From: Setoptus koraiensis
Taxonomy: Eukaryota > Animalia > Arthropoda
Direction: 5' to 3'
DNA length: 64,000 nt
NCBI GenBank assembly: GCA_048013815.1
Contig: CM106585.1
Coordinates: 1,426,001-1,490,000 of the forward strand
Below the pieces are notes generated by a model. The model had not been told where the DNA came from. It saw only the letters and a list, made by a program, of their open reading frames with translations, and did no database searches. The position numbers and the translations under genes are program-made. Of the stretch, positions 1 through 10,339 are shown piece after piece (position 1 is the stretch's first letter; each line of letters opens with the position of its first letter).

Positions 1-61
1 AACAAATATTAGAAATATGGGGTGCGCGAACGAGATGAATAAATCACCGAAGACTACTTAC

Positions 62-87
62 CAGACAATTGTACTTTCGAGAACCAT
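62..87 (-). CDS. PSMD4: 26S proteasome subunit Rpn10/PSMD4, first coding exon; the gene continues off the left edge
   Basis: Minus strand reads ATG GTT CTC GAA AGT ACA ATT GTC TG|GTAAGT = MVLESTIV(C/W), matching the conserved Rpn10 N-terminus MVLEST(M/I)xC, followed by a perfect 5' splice site. Too short to appear in the ORF track. Confidence 0.7.
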
Positions 88-511
88 CCTGTATATATTG
101 TCTGAGATGTTTAGAAATAGTAGTAATATTTAGACAAGATTATTGTAATCACTATTACACACGACGTTTTCTTCTTGAAGTCTGTTTTTTGTTCTCAAAA
201 CATCTGTTCCAATTTTATTTTTATCAAGTACATTTTTGATTACATTAGGAACGCTTTAAATGCGACAATGGAGCGCGAAACTCGAAAAATCGTGAATATC
301 CAGCTCAAGTAAATATTCATGAATATTTACATCATTGCACTTGAAATTAAATAATATATACAAATGAAGATTATTGAATACAGTACAGTATAAGATTTAT
401 GATGTTATACAAGCGAATATTTATCAGTGTACCGATATAGGCATATGATAGCTACTCTTTTAAAGTTGCTCATAAAGATATTTATGCAACATATGTTGTT
501 GGTACTTTATA

Positions 512-1927
512 TTAAATCTTGTTCAATGTAGTAGAAGAGAAGAATGGTCTCAGGCTAGGCTTTGGTGTAGATGAGACACTCATTTCGTCCCATTCTGGCT
601 CTGATTCAGATGAAGACGATCTAGATCTGTCAACATCCAGATCGTCCTCCTCCAGGAGTTCTTCGATTGCCAGAGATCCTTGGCCAGATGCTGCTGCTTG
701 CATCAGTTCCTGTTCCAAAGCTGCTTCATACTGTTCATTATCAAATCCATCCGAATCTGTTCGAAACTTCTTGACCAAAGCAATAATCTTTTGCTTAAAG
801 TTCTTTTGATGTGAGGCTCCTCCAGCAGTGCCACTAGCGCTAGCTTGTCCTACAACATGTTCCGATCTCTCACGATCGTTTATAGCTGCTCGAGCTTCTA
901 AAGAACTCCTCCCAGCCTTTGCTGCCTGTCTACCAATAGGCATCTCACTATCACTTCCTTCCTCATTTGAGCTGAAATCATCGGTATCAACGTCTCCGCC
1001 AACTGATCTATCCCCCACGAAGCGCATATTTCTACTAATACTGTCTTGATCAATAGGTTGACATTTCAACGATGACATAATTATTCGTGCCACAACTTCG
1101 TTTTTATTGTGTGAACCTTTCATTTCACAAACTAGATCTAACTCTTTATCCATTTTTTGTCTCCGTTGCATCACCTCTGCCATATTTATCACACCAACTG
1201 CCAAAGTCTTGAAGCCAAGTATTTTTCTGCTTTTATACCTTTTTCTTCTCTGTAACATTATTTGTAGAAAGTTAACATTCTTCTTTAAAAAATGCGGATA
1301 TTGCAAGGAAAAAGTTAGATCTATCTCAATAGCCAAAACTGGAGTTGGTGCATTCGATGTTGGATTTATTTGATGCGTAACCAAGGATGATTGATAAATA
1401 GGTGTAGCGGCTACTGTCGAGGTGGATATGTGACTCGATGATGTGGTCGAAGATGCTGTTAAGGAATTTGAGCCAGCATTGGATGAGATCGCTAGTGATT
1501 GTTGATTAGCGGGTACATTTGATCTTGCCTCTGTTTTCCCTGAAGATGTTAAAGCACCTCCTGTATTACCACTACTCGCACCAGAGCTCGTTCCACCAGC
1601 TACTGAACTCAGGTTACTCGCCTGGTTTTGTTGTTGCTTGGACGACAAACATGCCTGTTGGTGATGTCCAATTATTATAAATTCATTGGATCTTATTGTT
1701 CTTTTTGATCCTTGAATCTTCAAAGCAATCATGGCAGTCTTTAAATCTGAGCCCAACGATTTGAATAGCAGTATCCGATTGATAGTTATAGTACATAGTC
1801 TAGGAATACAGTTCGATGGTGTTTTGTCTATGCCCCAAGCTGCAAATAATTTCATCGGCATAGGTCTTGATGTGCCCGACATCACTTGGTTTGAAGTGCT
1901 CGGGTCTTGAGTCGAGGATAGATTCAT
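512..1927 (-). CDS. PACS: PACS (phosphofurin acidic cluster sorting protein) family, intronless, lacking the C-terminal region
   Basis: 471-aa ORF with PACS N-terminal motifs (PMKLFAAW, CIPRLC, GSKRTIRSNE, LTFSLQYPHFLK, LQIMLQRRKRYKSRKILGFKTLAVG), the QKNFKQKIIALVKKFR motif, an acidic cluster and the PKPSLRPFF motif. Confidence 0.9.
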   Translation of the reverse strand: MNLSSTQDPSTSNQVMSGTSRPMPMKLFAAWGIDKTPSNCIPRLCTITINRILLFKSLGSDLKTAMIALKIQGSKRTIRSNEFIIIGHHQQACLSSKQQQNQASNLSSVAGGTSSGASSGNTGGALTSSGKTEARSNVPANQQSLAISSNAGSNSLTASSTTSSSHISTSTVAATPIYQSSLVTHQINPTSNAPTPVLAIEIDLTFSLQYPHFLKKNVNFLQIMLQRRKRYKSRKILGFKTLAVGVINMAEVMQRRQKMDKELDLVCEMKGSHNKNEVVARIIMSSLKCQPIDQDSISRNMRFVGDRSVGGDVDTDDFSSNEEGSDSEMPIGRQAAKAGRSSLEARAAINDRERSEHVVGQASASGTAGGASHQKNFKQKIIALVKKFRTDSDGFDNEQYEAALEQELMQAAASGQGSLAIEELLEEDDLDVDRSRSSSSESEPEWDEMSVSSTPKPSLRPFFSSTTLNKI

Positions 1928-2406
1928 AGTTGTCGGATGCGTTGATTATACCGTGATTACGATAATAATATTGATCTTGATTGTATCAAATACGGTCATT
2001 GAGTTGAATTGTGTTCTAATGATAAACAATAATAGTAAACAACATCATGAAGACATGGAGCTCATGTCAATATTATTTTAAGTATTGTATTGTCTTACAC
2101 AATGTAATATCAGAAAACATATTTACATTTATTCTTTTCTTCACATGATGTTAGCACGAACAATTCATTTTATTTCGAACGCTAGGTGGCGATGTTTACC
2201 CTCACACTCACCTGACTCGACTGATGGTAACATATTGGTCACAAAACGTACTATTCGTGTCTACTCATGTGTTTCCCAACAATGAGATTAACATATAGAT
2301 GTATTTATTATTGAGATTATTGGCCCATCTTTCCAAACTATCCTCTGTATTCGATATCATCACTACATTATTCTAGGCATATAATACACGTTAGCTATCA
2401 TCGACC
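1928..2406. promoter_or_regulatory. Probable shared bidirectional promoter between PACS and NDUFS3
   Basis: 479-bp AT-rich gap between two head-to-head start codons. No specific core motif identified; inferred from gene arrangement. Confidence 0.45.
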
Positions 2407-3120
2407 ATGTTTCGAAGCGCCCTTGGACTAGGTCTCAAACTTAAAACACCTACTCATAATATCATTAGAGGATATCAAGCTGCACCTGTTTCACTTCAGT
2501 ATAGTAAGGAGGAACGTAGGGCTAAGTTGGAGGAAATAAGTCAATATACTGCGGAATGCCTTCCGAAATATTTTCAGAAAGCAACAATAAGCTTTCAGGA
2601 TGAATTAGACATCATGATAGCCCCAGAAGGAGTTGTCCCCGTGCTTCACTTTCTTAAAAGTCATCAGAAGTACCAATTCAGAAACATTATCGATATAGCT
2701 GGAGTTGATGTTCCTACTCGGAAATATAGATTCGAGATCGTCTATATTCTCCTATCTTTACACATCAATGCCCGTTTAAAGGTCAGAACCTACACAGATG
2801 AAGTGACCCCAATAGAGTCAGCTACAAGCGTATTCAAGGGAGCAGATTGGTATGAAAGAGAAATATGGGATATGTTCGGAGTAGGCTTCTCCAATCACCC
2901 TGATCTTAGAAGGATTCTTACAGATTACGGTTTCGAAGGCCACCCATTCAGGAAAGATTTTCCACTCTCTGGTTATGAAGATGTTCGATTCGATGATGCA
3001 GAACAAAGAATTGTATACGAGCCTCTTGAATTAAATCAGGAGTTTAGAAAATTCGAGCTTGCACCTTCCTGGGAGCAGTTCCCAGCGAAGAATGATGTTG
3101 ATGACGCAACTAAAAAGTAA
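2407..3120 (+). CDS. NDUFS3: NADH dehydrogenase (ubiquinone) Fe-S protein 3, complex I 30 kDa subunit, intronless
   Basis: 237 aa with [39 protein letters not shown] and [11 protein letters not shown], plus a basic/hydroxylated N-terminus typical of a mitochondrial presequence. Confidence 0.97.
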   Translation: MFRSALGLGLKLKTPTHNIIRGYQAAPVSLQYSKEERRAKLEEISQYTAECLPKYFQKATISFQDELDIMIAPEGVVPVLHFLKSHQKYQFRNIIDIAGVDVPTRKYRFEIVYILLSLHINARLKVRTYTDEVTPIESATSVFKGADWYEREIWDMFGVGFSNHPDLRRILTDYGFEGHPFRKDFPLSGYEDVRFDDAEQRIVYEPLELNQEFRKFELAPSWEQFPAKNDVDDATKK

Positions 3121-3673
3121 AAATTTTCGTTAACTTAGTGAGCAGAGATAAACCCAATAAAAAAGTACAAATGTCTTGTCGAAGAATTGGCGGATACAAT
3201 AAGCTAGTCATGGAAAGTAAGATTTCCAACCTGACACCAAACACTCAGCCAAGTCCTCTTCTTGCGGTTTAACTAAGTGAATTTCCGAATGATCGACAGA
3301 CGCCTTGTTGATTATAAGACCCTCTAGGCTTGATTCTATAAATTTATTAAACACTGATCATAGCCTTGGAAATGTTGCATGATGGATGAAATTTCTTTCA
3401 TCTTCGGTCGAAACATTCATTGTGTATGCTCTTCCAATATCTTCTTATTCAGTAAGACCATACACTTTCAACTAATCTGCGTATTCTTCTTCTGCTCTAA
3501 ATGGCTTATCTTCATATACAAGACCCTTTTATATAAGATCCGGCACTTCAACAGCCGATCGAGGAGCCTATGAACACGATAAGTGTAAATAAGTAGGATA
3601 ATATAAGATAAGTTACATTTTTGTTAACTTGTTCTAACGATATAATTTGTGTGAAAAATATCCAACATTATAA

Positions 3674-5269
3674 TTAGAGTGAGGAAAATGTTACTGGCCT
3701 ACACTGATTTGCTATCGCCGTTCTATTCGTCACGGAACTGGGAGAATCCATTGGAGATGATGAAATTACTTGAAGTATTTGATTTAGTTGCTCTTGTTGT
3801 CTCTCTAAATTTAGTTGTAACTTTAGCTGCAACTCTAATTGTTGTTGTTCATTTCTTTGGCGTTGGGAATGATTGGTATTAGTATCCATATTAAGGAGTT
3901 TCTGATGTTGCAATTGATGTGGATTTAAAAACCATTCACTACGTGTTTTCATCCGTTCAGCTTGCCTCTCATGCACTTTAGGTAAAAAAGTTAATGATTT
4001 TGTGCTTTCCGCGTATTGATTAGCCTCTCGCAATTCATGGAACATATCAGATGATGAATCTTCACCTTCAGCATTCTGCGAGCTTTGGCGTGCCTTTGTC
4101 AGAAGGGTTGGCCGTCGTATTGCCGACAGAACTAAAGGCTCACCCTCACGAACATTTTGACTATCAACTAATATTAAGGAATGGCGACCTGCGAACGGTT
4201 CTAAATCGGTTTTGCTATCTGCAATAACATCATTAGCAACAGTTCCCGATGTGGTCGATCTGGAGGGTGTCTTGTTGATAAAATTCGTTCTAGAACTATT
4301 CTCCAGAGAGGGCCCGTCTATAATAGCATTCTCAATCGCAGATCCAATGCTTGGAGATGGGGATGTTGTCGAATTGTCTTTGTCTATATTTCTTGATCTA
4401 CTATTGGATGATGATTTTGTTGGTGGCAAATGCTGTTTCCATTTATATGGCGAGGAATAACATTGCTGCTGTTTATACAACTGCTGCAATCTTGCTGTTG
4501 TTAAGGCAGAAGTCAAAGTAGGACTCCAATGAATATAGCGATTTTCTATCTTGAGTACACGACCACTTATCCTTGCATAATAGAAATAATTTTCTCTTCC
4601 AAATAGATCTGAAGAACCAAAGTGATCAATTAAGAATTTTGTTATTTGTGTCGCTTTCTTATATCTCTGTACGTCTACCATTTTAGCAATTTCTGACCCA
4701 TCTTGAACGCAAGTCCGAAAGAATGATGGCGCAACTGAGACCCCGAGCGCCTCACTAGTCATGCCAGTGTTAACGCGTTCGCTTGTTGTTGCAATAGCTT
4801 TGAATGTTCCAAATAATAACACTAATAGATGTTGTGTGACATCAGGTAGGGATAGAATCAGTTGATTGATCTTATGTAATCTTGTTTCAACAATTTGATT
4901 ATTATCATCGACAACAATGTCGAAAAGGCTCTTTTCGCATTCAGAACCAAACAATCCATTAGGTAATTTTCTCAAGAATTTCTTTAATACAGATGCTATT
5001 GTATGTACACTGAAGTTTTCAATATTAACCAAATGACCAGTTTGAAGAAAATGTATCAATTTCTTCATATTGCCCTGATGCCCAGGCGCCCTAAAGACAT
5101 CTTTCTTGTAAGGGGCTTGCTTGTTTAATTTTAGTATTAATATAAGTAACGGTGCTGGTATGTCATCATGTGTTCCACAAATTTGGTCAAGATCAACACC
5201 AAATCTGACTCTCTCAATAGTATAATTGCATCCTTGCCTATTGAATATACTAGGAATTATCCTATCCAT
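3674..5269 (-). CDS. RhoGAP domain protein, intronless
   Basis: 531 aa. RFGVDL, arginine-finger motif DVFRAPG, ASVLKKFLRKLP and MTSEALGVSVAPSFF are RhoGAP hallmarks; the C-terminus is low-complexity with a coiled-coil-like Q/L stretch. Confidence 0.9.
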   Translation of the reverse strand: MDRIIPSIFNRQGCNYTIERVRFGVDLDQICGTHDDIPAPLLILILKLNKQAPYKKDVFRAPGHQGNMKKLIHFLQTGHLVNIENFSVHTIASVLKKFLRKLPNGLFGSECEKSLFDIVVDDNNQIVETRLHKINQLILSLPDVTQHLLVLLFGTFKAIATTSERVNTGMTSEALGVSVAPSFFRTCVQDGSEIAKMVDVQRYKKATQITKFLIDHFGSSDLFGRENYFYYARISGRVLKIENRYIHWSPTLTSALTTARLQQLYKQQQCYSSPYKWKQHLPPTKSSSNSRSRNIDKDNSTTSPSPSIGSAIENAIIDGPSLENSSRTNFINKTPSRSTTSGTVANDVIADSKTDLEPFAGRHSLILVDSQNVREGEPLVLSAIRRPTLLTKARQSSQNAEGEDSSSDMFHELREANQYAESTKSLTFLPKVHERQAERMKTRSEWFLNPHQLQHQKLLNMDTNTNHSQRQRNEQQQLELQLKLQLNLERQQEQLNQILQVISSSPMDSPSSVTNRTAIANQCRPVTFSSL

Positions 5270-5535
5270 GTTATCACTTATATGTGTTGTAAAAGGATAT
5301 TTTGAAAAAATATAGATATATATTTATATATGTGATAATATGTATTATGGATAATTGAGAGTATTATTACTAATAACAATGAAAATATTTCTGGAAGATT
5401 AGGGTGGTCCAAGCAACCAAGGACGTTTCTACTGCACACTGTCTATTATTGATGTTATTATGAATTCATGAATCTTGCTCTATTTTGAACATGAGCAATA
5501 GTGATTTCAAGAATAGCAGGACTAATAGTCATCAA

Positions 5536-5619
5536 GTCAGGATGGCCGAGTGGTCCAAGGCGCTGCGTTTAGGTCGCAGTCTCCGTAAGGAGGCGTGGGT
5601 TCGAACCCCACTTCTGACA
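5536..5619 (+). tRNA. trnL-TAG: tRNA-Leu, anticodon TAG
   Basis: Cloverleaf: acceptor GTCAGGA/TTCTGAC, A box TGGCCGAGTGG, anticodon stem CTGCG/CGCAG with loop TTTAGGT (TAG at 5570-5572), long variable arm, B box GGTTCGAACCC. Confidence 0.96.
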
Positions 5620-5624
5620 AATTC

Positions 5625-5630
5625 TTTTTT
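5625..5630 (+). terminator. RNA polymerase III terminator (T6) of the tRNA-Leu gene
   Basis: TTTTTT begins 6 nt after the tRNA discriminator base. Confidence 0.8.
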
Positions 5631-6120
5631 CTGAATTTTATTTTGCAGCACACTAACTCCATTGCTAAACAAGCAATCATTCTTCTGATCTCCATTACTG
5701 CGCCACAATCTAACGCAAATTTTGTGCTTGTCTATGCTTCATACTGCATTTCCATTGGCTGTCTTGCGCAAGAATACATTACGCCTTAGGAGGCGCAGTA
5801 AGCTACGCCCTTTGTTAGTTGTGCTAGTGAACAGTTACATCACCATTACATTCTGTGCGCAACTGTGCCTTTCCTGCGATCATAACGCCTCTGGCGGATC
5901 TTTTCCAAACCAATAACCATCTGTAAACGGCCACCGTGGATGTTTTCGGTGATGTTTTTGTTGTTTTGTTACCTAACTAACAATTACCTGTTCGTAGATG
6001 TTTTTCATTTATTTGGCAAATATACACTACTCATCTATATTTATTTTCAACCCTTTACTGCACACATGCCAGCTAGATTGCTCGATATTTAAATGATCGT
6101 CTCCATTCTCAAATCTAGTC

Positions 6121-7170
6121 ATGTCACTAATACTTTCCACGGCGATAATACTTGTGCCTGTCATTGTTTTTACATTGAAAATCGTGGTCAATATCATTAG
6201 AGATAGCCGAAGTCAAAGAAATCTTGTCTATAATAGCAAGCAGGAGCGCTCTTATTATGACCCCGTCAATAAAGACATGCAATCATTTCCAACAGCAATG
6301 CACCACAATTGTCCCGAGCCAGACCTCGCCAGGAATAAAGAAAGAGTTGATCTGTCCATTATTGTGCCCGCTTACAATGAAGAATATCGCCTTCCCAACA
6401 TGTTAGATCAAGCAATACAATTTCTTGAAGATAGATGTAAAACTAAAACTGTCCCAGATCTCTATAGCAAAGATTTTACATATGAAATAATCATTGTTGA
6501 TGATGGAAGTACAGATGACACATCAAAGGTTGGCCTCAAATACTCAAGTCAGTGGGGTACTAACAAAGTTCGAGTGCTGAGCCTCGAACGCAATAGAGGT
6601 AAAGGTGGAGCTGTTAGATTTGGTGTACTCGCCTCGAGAGGTAGATATATCCTGTTTGCTGATGCAGATGGAGCTAGTGAGTTTAAGGAAATACAAAAAT
6701 TAGAGAGGTTTGTATTGGATGTCCTAAAGAATAATCAAGTCACAAAATTATCTATAGCAATTGGATCACGCGCCCATTTGGAAAAGAACGCCATCGCTGA
6801 GAGGTCCCTGTTTCGCACAATTCTTATGAAAGGTTTCCATCTATTAGTGTGGTCAACTTGCGTCAGATCAGTGCGAGATACTCAATGTGGATTTAAGCTG
6901 TTTAATAGGCCTGCTGCCAAAATTTTATTCAATACTTATCACAACGAGAGCTGGGCGTTCGATGTCGAGTTGCTGTATTTGGCCGAACAGATCGGTTGTG
7001 AAATAGGCGAGTTATCAATAAATTGGAATGAAATAGGTGGTTCCAAGATAGTTCCTGTATTCAGCTGGTTGAGGATGGGCATTGATGTCGTTTGTATAGC
7101 CTTTTACTATTTTACAGGATTCTACAAAGTTCCAAATGACAATCAAATCAGACAGGAGGTAGGCACCTGA
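6121..7170 (+). CDS. ALG5: Dolichyl-phosphate beta-glucosyltransferase (GT2), intronless
   Basis: 349 aa with an N-terminal TM segment, SIIVPAYNEE, YEIIIVDDGS, NRGKGGAVRFG, ILFADADGA (DxD), DTQCGFKLF and WAFDVELL. Confidence 0.96.
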   Translation: MSLILSTAIILVPVIVFTLKIVVNIIRDSRSQRNLVYNSKQERSYYDPVNKDMQSFPTAMHHNCPEPDLARNKERVDLSIIVPAYNEEYRLPNMLDQAIQFLEDRCKTKTVPDLYSKDFTYEIIIVDDGSTDDTSKVGLKYSSQWGTNKVRVLSLERNRGKGGAVRFGVLASRGRYILFADADGASEFKEIQKLERFVLDVLKNNQVTKLSIAIGSRAHLEKNAIAERSLFRTILMKGFHLLVWSTCVRSVRDTQCGFKLFNRPAAKILFNTYHNESWAFDVELLYLAEQIGCEIGELSINWNEIGGSKIVPVFSWLRMGIDVVCIAFYYFTGFYKVPNDNQIRQEVGT

Positions 7171-7579
7171 TTTTTTGTTTCACAATCAATAAATATAACT
7201 TGCGAGTTCAACATAATCAACCGCCGTATCAGATAAATAAACCGGACCTATCTACCTAAATTCATGATGGGTGTGAAGTGAGAGTTTTTTTTCTTGCATT
7301 ATTTGTTTTACCTTGTCGGAGGGGGCAGGGGGACCTGGTTCAAGAGATCGAGCGACGTTAGTGTCATGAGATTGTGACACGTTCTAAAAGTTCTAACTGA
7401 TTAGAATCGTCTAGTTGTACGTCTAGTCACAATTAAGATGCTGCAGATTAACTACAAAAAGACTAGCTGCAACACTTGCATCAGCGGTCTTCATATTTAT
7501 GATTTGGGTCAACCAAAGTTTATTTCAGAGACTGGTAGAGATCGCCAAGTGTGACATCAATGAATATAAACAGAATTTG

Positions 7580-7963
7580 CATTAGTAGTTGGTGTTTTAG
7601 TAAATGAATGTAACAAAAGCAAAAAGTTGAAAGTGAGGGAGTACGAGAGTCGACATTAGTGACAGATTGATGTGTCAGACAATACAAAACTGCACGATGC
7701 AAAATCGTATCTGGCCGATACTCATACCGACCAGTTGCGAGAGTCTCTGTGATAAAAATTGCACGGCAGCAACTGACCAGTTGATTTCGGCCAAGTGCAT
7801 TCAACTGTCAGCTCAAATGCCATCTCCTCTCACACAAAGTCGTCAACAGCTAATCGGTACGAGTATCGAGAGGTTGCTTGATTCTTTTTCTAACTCTCTC
7901 AAGCGTCGATATGTCAACCCTACCGATCGTCGCAGTGCAGTCGCTTTTTGCAAACTTTGTTAA
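7580..7963 (+). pseudogene. Decayed remnant, possibly the C-terminus of an M13/neprilysin-like peptidase; inverted paralog of ~12560-12915
   Basis: DNA similarity to the reverse complement of 12712-12915 is visible (e.g. 7652-7672 vs 12832-12852, 20/21 identical). The M13 assignment rests only on weak motif echoes (ATDQLISA resembling TxEQLFF). Confidence 0.35.
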
Positions 7964-8539
7964 ATGACATAACGAATTGTTTTTTTTTTTTTATTCAATC
8001 ACCAACTTCTGAATGTGATAACAGTAGCATTCTCTCGATGTAAATCCGAGAGATTTAGACATTGGATGACGATTGTGTGATCTACTGGTCAACGAGTACT
8101 CTCACACTCTTACACAATGACCCCCCATTGTCTACCTTTTTAATTGTTGCTGAGCGCTTTTCTTGACGATTGCATTGTTCAAGCCTCTAATGAAGTGACG
8201 AACATCAACCCTTGCACAATCACGAGATACTTTTTGCTTATATTTATTGCAATACTCTGACAATGAGACGCTAGTTGGTCGGTCAGTCTGACTAATGAGT
8301 TGCTCTTCATCTGTTCAGTTGTATTGACTTGCAAGTTAATGTTTGTTTGTTGCTCATTGGTGCTATCTGCGTGCTTTTTCAGCTCCTACCTGACTCCCAC
8401 CATGCCATCTCTATAGAACTATGGGTTCATATCGAAACATTAAACAGTGGAAACTGTTGACCGGCAAGGAATTGAATTTAAAAATTTTGGTATACGTTTT
8501 GTCGAGGGTCTCGAGCTAGATCATTATATGCGAAAATTT

Positions 8540-9137
8540 TGCTCAGAATTTCTGCAAGGAATGAGTTTAAAATACGCGATACGAGCCCCGGAACATTATT
8601 GACTCAGCCTAAGAGTGCTGTGGGATATCTCAATACTGTAAAACCATGGTACTGTAGATTGATTAGTCGGTGCATGACCATTATCAATCAGAATGAACAG
8701 ATTCAAGTTTGCCAGAGCATATAAACCAAGGCTGATTTGCATAAAATATATCTCGCCTTATGTGCAGCGTTGATTCACGATGCCTCAAGCCAATCAAATA
8801 GGTTCACATGTGAATGGATCCCGTTGGATGCTCAACAGTGATCTATATAATTTCTTGCTGCAACACTCTCGTATTCTTTTTTCATTTTGACTCCATTTAT
8901 GTCGAGCTGCATAGTTTCTCTGAGTTTATGAGTGAAATATTGGAACGAATGCGTTCCTGCATCATCCTTTGTGGCATGTCATCAGCCAGGAAGAACTGTT
9001 CCTCGACCAACTTTTCAACATCTTCAGTTGATATTTGCTCCATGACGAGTTTCATTCAACCACAACTACTATTGAGGTCATTCCAATGATGATTGGGCAA
9101 GTACAAAAAGTATAAACACCATTCCAGACCCCTCATG
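8540..9137 (-). pseudogene. Possible decayed N-terminal fragment of an M13/neprilysin-like peptidase
   Basis: Stop-interrupted frame NDLNSSCG*MK...ESK*KKEYES...NLFDWLEA loosely follows the M13 N-domain pattern (DFYxxACGxW, KAKxxYxSC, FDW). Its start (MRGLEWCLYFLYLP) resembles the start of the 10340 ORF (MRIAFVLISTFYLP). Confidence 0.3.
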
Positions 9138-10339
9138 TTACGTTTGTATTTTCTAGCAAACACATGATGCTAGATCAAACATCAAGAAAAAAAAAGTAGG
9201 AGGAACGATGATTTCTCAAACGCGCGAATCCACTCTAGCTAACTGTATTGGGTATCTGGACGAGTTAGCGGACCGAATTGGATTAAAACCGATACGAATT
9301 GCAACAATTATCATGATCAGCCAGCATGACTAGATGCCTATACTCAACCACAGATAGATGAGGAAAGATCTTACGGTTGTTACCTCAAAACGATTTAACT
9401 AAACGAATATACAGAGTCAATGGAGAAATGAGAAAGCAAATGGCAATATACGAAGAAAAATATCATATACGCTCGTTGTTTATTGCTCAATGATGGACAG
9501 CTTCATTTGGATTCTCTTATCCTTTTTAATTTTAAACAAAGCCGTCTTTCGCTCAATGAACCGCTATCATTCGATACTTGTGAGAATCGCAGACTAATTC
9601 AATAACTTGCCATTACAAATAGAGACCTCAACAAAACTTGAATACTTTTAATGCCTTACGATAGAAGATGCCAATGAACTCTGCAATGCTGTTAGATACC
9701 AAGACATGTGTCTGTTGGTTTTGTTAGAATAGTACTGTTCTCTAATGGTTTTTCCTGTCAGACCCTAGATGATGAAAAATTCAATTCGTCAAATGTATGG
9801 TATTAAAATAAGCGAGACAAATAATTGTTAGCTGTCAGTGATTTTCTTGATAATTATTGTTTTGATTGCATTTCGCTATTCGATGTCAGTGTTTTTATTG
9901 TTGCCATAACTGACTTGTGTCCATCCCCCTCTCATTGCTACCTAACAATGGGTATTGCAGAGACAGGAAATGGCGATTGTTATGCAAGAATCATTCTATC
10001 GTTAAGTATGACAAGCTATTTGTGCGACCGCTGGCCAAGCTAGGAAAGGTTGCCTTCATAATTTTTCTCAATTGATTGATAATTCTTGCAAACAACAGAT
10101 TAAATATTTCAATAAGATGATTCAAACAACAACAGATAAGATGTGCAATGAAATAATTGATATAAATAGATAGGACTAGTGAGTACAGTGACATCAGAAG
10201 AGACATCACAATCAAAGTTTACATGTTTCTCTTCATTCCAACTTATGGTAATTATTCAAATTAGGTTAACAGTGGACATTGAAGTTAAATAGTTAATAGT
10301 ATATTCAGATTACTAATTAAGTTACAGTTTTTAGTAAAC

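Noticed and set aside
3180-3575. Protein-like minus-strand frame between NDUFS3 and the RhoGAP
   Set aside because: Stop density is near random and there is no recognisable family motif; probably 3' UTR sequence.
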